This document shows, one piece after another, positions 1 through 8,490 of a DNA stretch of 64,000 bases. Numbering within the stretch: the stretch's first letter is position 1; every line of letters starts with the position of its first letter. The notes below the pieces were generated by a model. That model saw nothing but the letters and a program-made list of their open reading frames with translations, did not search any database and was not told the DNA's origin. A program made the position numbers and the translations under genes. Source of the DNA: Deltaproteobacteria bacterium (GTDB lineage Bacteria; UBA10199; DSSB01; JACPFA01); NCBI GenBank assembly GCA_016183235.1, contig JACPFA010000026.1:33284-97283 (forward strand), written 5' to 3'.

Positions 1-303
1 ATCAATGCTTGTGGCCACCACACCGGCTGCATCCCAACCAAAATCGGCCGTACCACCTACAAAGCCTTGGCAAAAAAGTCGAGTGGCGGCAAAAGTCCCA
101 CGGTAAGTGACCTGCATCCATTCGGGCATGTCGGGCATAACTTCTTTTGCTACATCATCGACTTCGTCAAAGGCTTCTCCTATGCCTGCCCTTAAACTGC
201 CCTTTTCTTCCCAATATGCAAAGGCGCCCCCAGATTCCATATTATCGTTGATGAAATTTTCGTAAGCATCGGCCGCTCGGCCCAACCAGGTAAAAATACC
301 CAT
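1..303 (-). CDS. hypothetical protein, N-terminal part only (ORF runs off the left edge)
   Basis: Not in the supplied track. Manual minus-strand translation from ATG 303..301 (MGIFTWLGRAADAYENFINDNMESGGAF...) stays open for all 101 codons to position 1. A G-rich SD-like GGGGGGA lies 7 nt upstream. Confidence 0.4.
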   Translation of the reverse strand, partial: MGIFTWLGRAADAYENFINDNMESGGAFAYWEEKGSLRAGIGEAFDEVDDVAKEVMPDMPEWMQVTYRGTFAATRLFCQGFVGGTADFGWDAAGVVATSID

Positions 304-480
304 GCAGTTGTCCCCCCAGACAATAGTTTCCTCTTAAGACGTTGTGCAAATACCATGCCGGTTTAAATCTTACTATTAATTATAACTCTTTGAATTTATT
401 TGATTTTAATAATAGAGGCTGAGTAAAATGCTTTTATTGTAGACTTTTTACCCCATTGCTGGGGGCGGCAGCCCCTACCT

Positions 481-1863
481 TTAGGTGGCCTTGCGGGTTC
501 CGCCTGAAACGAGTTTTAAACGACGATTTTTCTCTGTATTGGATTCGAGAATATCCATAATGACATTATCGTCGTTGCTGGCCTGGCGCATTTTGGCTTC
601 GTCGTTTTCTACCATTTCGCGGGTCATTTCTATCCCATAAGAACTCAAAATGCTGCGAATGTGTTCAAACTGGCTGCTAATCGAAGCATAAACTGACTCA
701 AAGCCCAATTTGGCGGCCTTGGCACGGGTCCAAAAAGCAAAGGGGTTCATTTCAAAAAAGTAGCTATCGTCTTCTTCGGGTTCGATGAGAATAATATCGC
801 CTTTGAAATTAGGATCTTGTTGATAACGCTCGATCACATACTGCAAACGAGAATGATAGAGGCAGCGAAACACCTGATTAAAAATCCCAATCGCACCACT
901 ATCGCTGATCCGACGATCACGGGTGACATAACGCATCTCTTCCCGCAAATATTCAACGTCAACCTTGTTACGGATGGGGCGAAAAGGATTGTAGCAAATA
1001 ACCAGCTCGGCGCCCTTGGCAATGGCAACATCGATGTTAGCGGTTTTACGCACACCCCCATCAATATAATCCACCCCTTTGATGCGCGCTGGTTTATAAA
1101 AGCCTGGCATGGCCGTTGAGGCACGCACCGCCTCGCTGATGGTTACGTCATTTTTTTCATCCCAACCAAACACCACATTCTGCGCCGTATCGAGTTCCAT
1201 AGCACTGATGTAAAGATCTTTACCCCGCATGCGTTTGAGCACTTTAAAGCGATTGCTCATTTGGTTACGCCGCATGTTTTCGCGCAGGTATTGCTCGAGC
1301 GGGCTGTTGTCAAATATGCCCGTAGGCAAAGCCGAAATAAACGAGGGCAGGGGGCGAGAGCTATAAATCGATCGAATCAAGGGCCGCACCATCTTTTCAT
1401 AATTAGAATAACTGGGCGACTTAAGATAACCAAGAATACCTTCTTTTAAACGCGGCGTTAGTTGAGGCAAGGCGCTGAAAAATTCGACGGCTAAATTAGG
1501 AAAGTAGGTGAGACGTTCGTAAAAATAACGCAACGGCCGTTCATAAAATTCTTTGTAATTGGGGTAATAAAGCTCAAAGGGTGATAATTGAGAAAACCGC
1601 TCAGAGTTGCCATCGAGACTTTTTAAAATTTCTTCGGGATGAACCCCACCGGCCAGCGGCGCGGCTAAAAAGGCCCCTGCGGATATGCCCACATAAATAT
1701 CAAAATCTGTAACTTTACGATTGAGTAAAAAATCGTTGAGGGCCTTGAGGCCACCCACTTTGAAAGCACCACCCGAAACAGCACCACCTGCCAACACCAA
1801 AGCTGTCTTGGCATGCAGTTTCTTACGGGAGATATCACTTTTTTGAACGATGGTAATTCCCAT
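481..1863 (-). CDS. patatin-like phospholipase
   Basis: 460-aa ORF with the patatin hallmarks: Gly-rich oxyanion loop (LAGGAVSGGAF), G-x-S-x-G nucleophile elbow (GISAGA) and catalytic Asp in DGG (YIDGGVRK). Confidence 0.85.
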   Translation of the reverse strand: MGITIVQKSDISRKKLHAKTALVLAGGAVSGGAFKVGGLKALNDFLLNRKVTDFDIYVGISAGAFLAAPLAGGVHPEEILKSLDGNSERFSQLSPFELYYPNYKEFYERPLRYFYERLTYFPNLAVEFFSALPQLTPRLKEGILGYLKSPSYSNYEKMVRPLIRSIYSSRPLPSFISALPTGIFDNSPLEQYLRENMRRNQMSNRFKVLKRMRGKDLYISAMELDTAQNVVFGWDEKNDVTISEAVRASTAMPGFYKPARIKGVDYIDGGVRKTANIDVAIAKGAELVICYNPFRPIRNKVDVEYLREEMRYVTRDRRISDSGAIGIFNQVFRCLYHSRLQYVIERYQQDPNFKGDIILIEPEEDDSYFFEMNPFAFWTRAKAAKLGFESVYASISSQFEHIRSILSSYGIEMTREMVENDEAKMRQASNDDNVIMDILESNTEKNRRLKLVSGGTRKAT

Positions 1864-1900
1864 CGGAGTGAAGGTAATGCATCATTTAACCAATTGTCAA

Positions 1901-1994
1901 CAAAAGAGATTGCTTAGCCATCGTGGATCCCGGATCCCCGGATCAAGTCCGGGGCAAGCTCGTCCGGGATGACGTGGGGTCGCAATGACAGAAG
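1901..1994. repeat. composite palindromic repeat (GGATCC-GC hairpin units plus a TCGCAATGACAG terminus)
   Basis: The sequence ...ggatcccggatccccggatcaagtccggggcaagctcgtccgggatgacgtggggtcgcaatgacag shares units with more than 10 other loci in the window. Confidence 0.8.
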
Positions 1995-1996
1995 TT

Positions 1997-3163
1997 TTAT
2001 TTTTTGGCGCGCATTTTTTGCACCTGTTGCAAGTTACCTTTAAAATCAGGATAAACTCGTGAGCCCTGTTTAAATTTTTCAAAGGCCGCTTTGGTTTTGC
2101 CTTCACTTAAATCAAGATGCCCTAGGTTGTAGAGGGCATAGGCCTCCCAGGCCGGGGCAGGTTTGTGTTGCAAAAACATTTCTAAAGATTTTCTCGCTTC
2201 TTGTGACCGTTTGAGTTTGAGCTGGCAATAGCCAATAAAGTAACGCGTCAAATAAATATCAGGATATTTTGTTTCCATCGCAGTGAACACTTGCAAGGCT
2301 TCTTGAAATTTGGCTAACCCAGTCAACATATTTCCTTTTAAAATTTGCGCCACCGCACTACCAGGATACGATTGCTCTAAGGTTTGGGCGATGCTCAAGC
2401 CTTTGGCGTAATTATGATATTCCCAATACACGAAAATGATGCCTGCCATAGCTAGGGGTTTGCCCACGCCACCTTTTTCAATGGCCAAATTCATTTTGCG
2501 AATCCCTTCTTGGCGCTGGTCTTTAAAAAAGGGCAAAAACTTGAACTTTTGCGTATAAACACTGCGCCAAAATTCATACATCCCCAACCCAAACCACGGA
2601 TCAAAAAAGTTAGGATCTTTTTGCACGCTCATTTGTAAGGCCTGCTTAGTATCGCCAGCTAGGCTTAAGGCCTTGAAGAGTTGGTCGGCCCGGATGTAAT
2701 AAAATGCCATTACCCCGCTAGAAGCCCCAGTGAGATAAAGGTCCCATGCGCTAGCATTAGGATCTTTTAAAATGACATCGTTGATGCTTTTAATTTTTTC
2801 GGTGATGGGTTTTAAACTGGTGTCTAAGCGAAAATCAAAATTTTCAAACATCTTGGATTGCAAAATCGCCATTTGCCCAAAAAGCCCCAACGGCGACTTT
2901 GGATATTTGTTTTCTAGGTTGTGAAAATAAGCCTCGGCCTCGGCGTATTTTCGATTTAAAACTAAATCGCGCCCGGTAATGGCGTCTTGGATGATTTCAG
3001 GGGTGGCCCCTTGGGGGATATAAATTTCGGCCCTTGCTAATTGAGGAGGGAGAAATAAGAAAAATAAAAGGAAGATTGCTTCGCTTGCGCTCGCAATGAC
3101 ACCTATATTAAAAAGGGATCTCTTCATAAGAGAAGTTGTGATGGATTTTAGATTTCGCTGCAA
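1997..3163 (-). CDS. exported TPR-repeat protein
   Basis: 388-aa ORF with repeated TPR-like helical units and a hydrophobic N-terminus ending LARA/EIY. The likelier start is ATG 3127 (MKRSLF...). Codons 3070-3103 of the signal region match the repeat family (VIASASEAI). Confidence 0.7.
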   Translation of the reverse strand: MQRNLKSITTSLMKRSLFNIGVIASASEAIFLLFFLFLPPQLARAEIYIPQGATPEIIQDAITGRDLVLNRKYAEAEAYFHNLENKYPKSPLGLFGQMAILQSKMFENFDFRLDTSLKPITEKIKSINDVILKDPNASAWDLYLTGASSGVMAFYYIRADQLFKALSLAGDTKQALQMSVQKDPNFFDPWFGLGMYEFWRSVYTQKFKFLPFFKDQRQEGIRKMNLAIEKGGVGKPLAMAGIIFVYWEYHNYAKGLSIAQTLEQSYPGSAVAQILKGNMLTGLAKFQEALQVFTAMETKYPDIYLTRYFIGYCQLKLKRSQEARKSLEMFLQHKPAPAWEAYALYNLGHLDLSEGKTKAAFEKFKQGSRVYPDFKGNLQQVQKMRAKK

Positions 3164-3180
3164 GGTGTTTTTTTGGTAAG

Positions 3181-3215
3181 AAAAAAGGGTGCTGCGTTTT
3201 TGAGCCGCAGCACCC
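3181..3215 (-). terminator. intrinsic-terminator-like hairpin with no upstream gene on its strand
   Basis: The minus strand reads GGGTGCTGCG-GCTCAAAAA-CGCAGCACCC followed by TTTTTT: a 10-bp GC-rich stem, a 9-nt loop and a T6 tract. It lies 18 nt upstream of the TPR ORF. Confidence 0.5.
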
Positions 3216-3312
3216 TGCCTGGAAGGAAAGAGGAACTTTTAACTTGCTAAAAAATACTACAGCACTACTTATATAACTATTTTATGACTCGCAATATGAT
3301 CTTAATCAGGCC

Positions 3313-3936
3313 ATGAAACTCACCACGAAAATACTCAAAAAATTAGAGGCTATGTACCCTAGCTCCCATTGTGAATTGTACCATCAAAGCCCCTATCAAT
3401 TGTTAGTTGCCACCATTTTATCGGCCCAATGCACAGATAAACGGGTCAACATGGTAACTCCTGGGCTATTTAAAACCGCCCCCACCCCTAAGGCCATGTT
3501 AGAATTGAGGGAAAACCGCTTAATGGAAATGATCAAATCTTGCGGGTTTTACCGTACCAAGGCCAAAAATATCTTAAAAACCAGTCAGATCCTTTTAGAA
3601 AAATTTGGGGGGGAGGTACCACGCACCCAAGAAGAATTAATTCAATTACCAAGTGTGGGGCGAAAAACTGCCAATGTTGTACTTTACAATGCCTACGGGA
3701 TTGCCGCTATCGCGGTAGACACTCATGTCTTTCGAGTCTCTCAACGCCTAGGGTTGGCCAAGGGCAAGACCCCCGACCAAATTGAACAGCAACTCATGAA
3801 GGTGTTTGCCAAGCAAGATTGGGGCAAGGCCCATCATTTGCTTATTTTTCACGGTCGTTACCATTGCAGCGCACGCCGCCCCAAATGCGAAACTTGCCCC
3901 CTAACCGCTGAATGCCAGTATTATCAAACGCTATAA
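3313..3936 (+). CDS. nth: endonuclease III (DNA glycosylase/AP lyase)
   Basis: 207 aa with an HhH-GPD core (LPSVGRKTANVVL, VDTHVFRVSQRLGL) and the C-terminal 4Fe-4S Cys cluster C-x6-C-x2-C-x5-C (CSARRPKCETCPLTAEC). Confidence 0.92.
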   Translation: MKLTTKILKKLEAMYPSSHCELYHQSPYQLLVATILSAQCTDKRVNMVTPGLFKTAPTPKAMLELRENRLMEMIKSCGFYRTKAKNILKTSQILLEKFGGEVPRTQEELIQLPSVGRKTANVVLYNAYGIAAIAVDTHVFRVSQRLGLAKGKTPDQIEQQLMKVFAKQDWGKAHHLLIFHGRYHCSARRPKCETCPLTAECQYYQTL

Positions 3937-4347
3937 TTTGTAAATATTGTAGGTACCCATGGCCATGGCAATATCTTTCCCCTTATGCCGATAAACATGG
4001 GCTTCGGTAACGGCATGGGATTTACCACGGTATTTAACCTTCGCATCGCAATAGATAATTTCGTTTAATTTGACGGTTGAGATATAATTAATTTTAAATT
4101 CGATCGTTGAGCAACGCTCCCCTGCCTTTAGCCCGCTAAACAAACAAGCCCCCATAGAAAAATCAACAAAGGTAGAAATAACCCCACCATGAACCATCCC
4201 CGCAGGGCTGATATGCTTTGACTCGATTTTAAGGGAAGTCTTGGCAAAGTTTTCCTTGGCCTCAACAATTTCATAACCTACCAACTCGCCAAAATTATCT
4301 GGATGGGAGAATACCGCCGCGACCAACTGTCGATAATTTTTCACCAT
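3931..4347 (-). CDS. hotdog-fold thioesterase (PaaI/4HBT type)
   Basis: 138 aa with the motif PAGMVHGGVISTFVDFSMG typical of PaaI-family thioesterases. It converges on nth with a 6-nt overlap. Confidence 0.7.
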   Translation of the reverse strand: MVKNYRQLVAAVFSHPDNFGELVGYEIVEAKENFAKTSLKIESKHISPAGMVHGGVISTFVDFSMGACLFSGLKAGERCSTIEFKINYISTVKLNEIIYCDAKVKYRGKSHAVTEAHVYRHKGKDIAMAMGTYNIYKL

Positions 4348-4408
4348 AGAAGGCCAAATTAACCCAAGCCCCCAATAACGGCAAATTTATTTTAAATATC
4401 ACTGCACC

Positions 4409-4665
4409 TAAAAAGTTTTAGTGAAGAGGGCTAAGGGGTTGAGCTAGAATCCGCACCCGTAAAGCCTGCTCGGCTCAAAAAATTATTTATTTTTAATTGA
4501 ATTAGAGTATTCCTTCGTCATCCTCTAATTTCGTCATCCTCTAATTCAAAAAAATAATATAATTTTTTGAACCTCCGGAGCCTGTCCTGAGGCTTTGCGA
4601 AGGAGCTTTACTCCTGCTACAGGTTCTCAACATACCCCCTTAGGCCACTTCAGGAAGACTTTTTA
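4409..4665. repeat. F-type long hairpin element, copy 1
   Basis: The termini AAAAAGTTTTAGTGAAG...CTTCAGGAAGACTTTTT are inverted repeats. The interior holds smaller palindromes and a tandem tcgtcatcctctaatt x2. The termini match the element at 62609-62825. Confidence 0.7.
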
Positions 4666-4690
4666 TATCTCTGCAAATATTTGAGAAGAA

Positions 4691-4931
4691 GTCTTTTCGA
4701 GGTAGGGAGAGGCCAAGGGAGAGCCTTTTACCAGGAGGGCGGCCTATGATAGTTTCTGTCATTGCGAACTTAAGCGGGTGAAGCAATCTCTTCTGCCTAA
4801 GCGATGGGATTGCCACGCTCGCTATCATGGGTCCCCGCCTTCGCGGGGATGACACCGCTCGCAATGACAGAGGCCCTCATAGGCCGACCGGGCGCGGGCT
4901 CTCCATTGGCCTCTCCCTACCTCGAAAAGAC
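4691..4931. repeat. three-level nested palindrome (outer stem, then A-type element, then GC hairpin)
   Basis: The outer arms gtcttttcgaggtagggagaggccaagggagagcc / ggctctccattggcctctccctacctcgaaaagac enclose ggcctatga/tcataggcc. These enclose the ctgtcattgcga...tcgcaatgacag element (4756-4870), which in turn encloses atcatgggtccccgccttcgcggggatgacac (4824-4855). Confidence 0.85.
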
Positions 4932-4952
4932 GTGGTGTTAATTGTGAATGAA

Positions 4953-5002
4953 AGAAAAAAATACGTGGGGGATGGGCTGGGTGCCCTTTGGTATCCCCCA
5001 CG
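4953..5002 (-). terminator. Rho-independent terminator of the metalloprotease gene
   Basis: The minus strand has CGTGGGGGAT / ATCCCCCACG as a perfect 10-bp stem with a 19-nt loop, followed by a T-rich run (TATTTTTTT). It lies 30 nt after the stop at 5032. Confidence 0.6.
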
Positions 5003-5031
5003 CTTTGGACCTGGGATAAGGAGCTCTAAAT

Positions 5032-6690
5032 CTAGTTGGCCCTGATAACTACCCCCGATGCGGCGGCTCCACTCGGCCCTGATATAGCCACCTCGCTACC
5101 AGCGGATGAAACCTGAGTCCCGGTCATTTCAATGAAGAGACAGCTGGGTGAGTTCACACTACCTGACGTCGAAGACCCTGAGTAACTCGTCACCGCCGGG
5201 CCACTGAGCACCGTACCCCGATTATCATTTTGGCTACCGCGCAAATCGATCCCAGAAAAATCATAATTATTGTCACTCGACAGGCCAAGCCCGTCTAAAT
5301 AAACCGCTGAACAAAAATCTCTTAACAAATCTTGAAAACCTTCCCCCGTAACATCGGCAATATTATCGGTGCCGGTGTTGGCCCCGTTGATCAGCCCGCT
5401 CAACACCGCATCACCCGTGCTCACCCCACTGATATTGCCGTTGTTGGCCTGTTCATACAAATATCGTAAAAAGAGATAAGACCCACCCCGCTGCGTCAAA
5501 CTCGTGCCGCCGGTGAAGGCCACACTATTGATAGAATCTAAATACAAACTCACCCGTGAGGGGTTTTCTTCACTGACGTTCGCAAAACTATAGCTCGACC
5601 CCGACATATCCATATCTTCAGCAAAGTGGCTCATGGCTTCATTCAGCCAGCTAGCTTCCGAAGAATGCCCGTCAAAGAAGACCCGTTGGTTAAAATTGAT
5701 CAAATGCTGAAACTCGTGGGGCATGACCATGGGGCCAATGTTAGAGAGATAAAAACTCTTACTTAACGAAATCCCACTACAATAAAGATCGCCGCTGGGA
5801 TTGGGTGAAGCAATATAAATGATCGACCGCTCATTCGAGGCAGCAATTTGACTATCATCATATTGGTCGCCCCCATAAAAATAACCGGTGACAAAGCCGC
5901 CCCCACTGGCCCCCAAACAATTGACCACAGGCGACATGGCCACGGTAAACCGACACTCGCTGGCATGGTCCCAGTCGCCAAACACACTTTTTTCAGAGGC
6001 GATTTTATTGTCAAAAGCGGTAAATAATTCATCTAATTCAGCATCGCTGATGATGGAGCTGGTCACGAGTGAATCAACCGCAAATACTGCATTACTGGTG
6101 ACCTTCTTCACGGTTAAACTGCGGGTTGCAGTGCTGGAACCGCTGAGGCTGGTGAAAATTTTGATCGAAATGCTAGAATCGATCGAGGGCCCAGCACCAC
6201 AGTTGGTAACCGTTGGGTCAATCCCAACGGCAAAAGAGGCATCCCCTTGATTTTGGCTTGTGGTCACGGCGGCAATGATTTCTTCGCGATTGCGCAAGGT
6301 TTCGTGAAAGCTAGGGGTTAAATCGGGATTGGCATCTTCAAGGGTAGAAGCTGTGGCATCGGCCTCATGCAGAGAAAACGCCATGTCTTGTTCAAGAGAC
6401 GTATCGGCGCTGGTGGCGCCACTTAAGGTCCAGGAGAGGCTACCGGCATTGACATCGGCATTACTCAAACCAAAAACAAAAACCTCGCCCCCCGACAGGG
6501 CCCCAAACGTAACCGTGGCTTGATTAGAACTACCCAGATTAAGCACGACGACTTGACCCAGAGAGAAGCCTCCCCCCAAATTGTTATTGACGACCTCTCC
6601 CGAACCGCTCCCACAAGAAAGCCCAAACCAGGAAGAACAAACTGCCAAAATGAACCAGAAGCTAAAACGCTTCCTAAACCCCACAACCAT
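5032..6690 (-). CDS. secreted or lipoprotein zinc-metalloprotease candidate (HExxH)
   Basis: 552 aa with a signal or lipoprotein-like N-terminus (FWFILAVCSSWFGLSCGSG), a Ser/Gly/Thr-rich body and the motif MVMPHEFQHLINF (HExxH). Family is not assigned; an M30/hyicolysin-like guess is unverified. Confidence 0.6.
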   Translation of the reverse strand: MVVGFRKRFSFWFILAVCSSWFGLSCGSGSGEVVNNNLGGGFSLGQVVVLNLGSSNQATVTFGALSGGEVFVFGLSNADVNAGSLSWTLSGATSADTSLEQDMAFSLHEADATASTLEDANPDLTPSFHETLRNREEIIAAVTTSQNQGDASFAVGIDPTVTNCGAGPSIDSSISIKIFTSLSGSSTATRSLTVKKVTSNAVFAVDSLVTSSIISDAELDELFTAFDNKIASEKSVFGDWDHASECRFTVAMSPVVNCLGASGGGFVTGYFYGGDQYDDSQIAASNERSIIYIASPNPSGDLYCSGISLSKSFYLSNIGPMVMPHEFQHLINFNQRVFFDGHSSEASWLNEAMSHFAEDMDMSGSSYSFANVSEENPSRVSLYLDSINSVAFTGGTSLTQRGGSYLFLRYLYEQANNGNISGVSTGDAVLSGLINGANTGTDNIADVTGEGFQDLLRDFCSAVYLDGLGLSSDNNYDFSGIDLRGSQNDNRGTVLSGPAVTSYSGSSTSGSVNSPSCLFIEMTGTQVSSAGSEVAISGPSGAAASGVVIRAN

Positions 6691-6962
6691 AGAAAGCCCC
6701 TATCCCTTATTTGGTTTCGAGCTCCACGCCCCAGTGAGTTAGTTTGCAAGCTTCATACCCAAAGTTAAGACCTAATGAATTATTTTTTATTGAATAATTT
6801 CAAATAGATAGGATCGTCAATTTTGATGACGGAGGAAGACTGTGCAAGGTCATGGGTTAAAAAAAACCCATTTTATTGGGTTAGGCTTATCAAACACGAT
6901 GATTTTAAACAGGTTTTTATTTTAGTAGAATCTTACAAAAGTGGGGCAAAAAAGACTCTCTT

Positions 6963-7077
6963 CTGTCATTGCGAACCCAGCAGGGTGAAGCAATCTCTTC
7001 TGTTTAAGCGGTGAGATTGCCACGCTCGCTATCATGGGTCCCCGCCTTCGCGGGGATGACACCGCTCGCAATGACAG
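6963..7077. repeat. A-type composite palindromic element with a GC hairpin at its apex
   Basis: Near-identical to 4756-4870 (ctgtcattgcgaaccc...gattgccacgctcgct-atcatgggtccccgccttcgcggggatgacac-cgctcgcaatgacag). It ends 2 nt from the xseA stop codon. Confidence 0.9.
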
Positions 7078-7079
7078 AG

Positions 7080-8303
7080 TCACAATGACTTCACCATGGC
7101 ACTTATTTCCCCCTCCCCCAGCAATATTTGAAGCCCATCCCCCAGTTGCACGGCCGTGGCCTCACGAACCAAGACTTTTGACCCATCTTCTAACCACCGA
7201 TAGGTCAAACTATAGCCCCGTTGCAACACCGCCAAAGGCGAAACCAAGTGAATTTGCTCCGACAGGCTACGGAGATGCTGTTGGTGGGTTTTTAAAAAAT
7301 GCTCAATGGCACGATGCAAGCGAGCACTCCATTCATCGACCCTTAAGTTTAATTCTTCTAAACGCCGCGCCGGGTGTTTTAACCGTTGCACCAGGTGAGC
7401 CACCTTTTCTCGGTTCCAATGCAGCCACGCCTCCACCCCCCGTTGCAAACGGCTTTCGATGGCTTTTGCTTGTAAACGCAGTTCGGCTAAGTTGGGGGAA
7501 ATGAGCTCCGCTGCAGCACTGGGGGTGGGGGCCCTCAGGTCAGCCACAAAATCGGCAATGGTAAAATCGGTCTCATGCCCCACGGCGCTCACCACCGGAA
7601 TTTTAGAACGGGCAATGGCTTGAGCCACGATTTCAGTGTTAAACGCCCACAGATCTTCCAGCGACCCACCCCCGCGCCCCACAATCATCACTTCGGCTAA
7701 GCCATGTTCATTGATAAGGTCAATCGCCGCTGCAATTTCAGGCGCCGCTTTTTCCCCCTGCACATTCACCGGCACTAAAAAGAGATGCAGGCGTGGGTCA
7801 CGCCGGCTTAAAACATTAATAATATCTCGAATAACCGCACCCGTGGGGCTGGTCACCACACCAACATGCTTGGGGAATTTAGGCAAAGGCCGCTTGCGTT
7901 CTGCCGCAAAGAGCCCGGCCGCGGCCAATTTGGTTTTTAACTGTTCAAAGGCTAGCTGCAAGGCACCTAGGCCTTGTGGCTCGATGGATTCTACAACCAA
8001 TTGATATTTGCCCTGCGGTTCATAAAGAGAAATGCGGCCCAAACACAACATGGCCAAGCCATCTTCGAGTTTAAATTTCAACTGGCGATTGGCCCCCCGA
8101 AACATGACCACTGGCAAATGCGCACGTTCATCTTTGAGGGAAAAATAATAATGCCCACTGGAATGGGGACGAAAATTACTAATTTCGCCCGCCACCCACA
8201 CATGGGAAAAATTGCGTTCTAAGATTTTTTTTAATTCGCCAGTAAGTTCGGTGACGGTGTAAATATGCCGCTCTTCCGGAAGAGCGGAAAGTTCTAATTG
8301 CAT
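7080..8303 (-). CDS. xseA: exodeoxyribonuclease VII large subunit
   Basis: 407 aa. The N-terminal OB-fold segment (VWVAGEISNFRPHSSGHYYFSLKD), the catalytic core (VGRGGGSLEDLWAFN, GHETDFTIADFVAD) and the C-terminal coiled coil are typical of XseA. Confidence 0.92.
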   Translation of the reverse strand: MQLELSALPEERHIYTVTELTGELKKILERNFSHVWVAGEISNFRPHSSGHYYFSLKDERAHLPVVMFRGANRQLKFKLEDGLAMLCLGRISLYEPQGKYQLVVESIEPQGLGALQLAFEQLKTKLAAAGLFAAERKRPLPKFPKHVGVVTSPTGAVIRDIINVLSRRDPRLHLFLVPVNVQGEKAAPEIAAAIDLINEHGLAEVMIVGRGGGSLEDLWAFNTEIVAQAIARSKIPVVSAVGHETDFTIADFVADLRAPTPSAAAELISPNLAELRLQAKAIESRLQRGVEAWLHWNREKVAHLVQRLKHPARRLEELNLRVDEWSARLHRAIEHFLKTHQQHLRSLSEQIHLVSPLAVLQRGYSLTYRWLEDGSKVLVREATAVQLGDGLQILLGEGEISAMVKSL

Positions 8304-8346
8304 GGGAGGGATTTAGCGCTAATGAGGGAGGGGGTCAAGGATTGGT

Positions 8347-8490
8347 GTGTCATTGAGAAGGAGCGTCTGTCATTGCGAGGCCTGTGTGGGCGGCCTTCTG
8401 TCATTGCGAACCCAGCGGGGTGAAGCAATCTCTTCTGCCTAAGCGGTGGGATTGCCACGCTCGCCAACGGGGCTCGCTCGCAATGACAGA
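8347..8490. repeat. cluster of A-type palindromic elements (short-apex variant)
   Basis: Three gtcattg(c/a)ga units. The 8396-8490 copy has the apex aacgggg where other copies carry a 32-nt hairpin. It supplies the last ~15 codons and the stop of the 8439..9965 ORF. Confidence 0.85.

Noticed and set aside
4827-5045. ORFs 4827..5045 and 7034..7504 both begin MGPRLRGDDTARNDR, suggesting a conserved small protein
   Set aside because: The shared N-terminus is the translation of the GC-hairpin plus A-terminus repeat. The rest of 7034..7504 is antisense to xseA and low-complexity, so these are treated as spurious.
6823-7014. 63-aa ORF upstream of xseA as a possible small gene
   Set aside because: Its C-terminal third (FCHCEPSRVKQSLLFKR) is the A-type repeat translated. 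There is no RBS and no recognisable motif.
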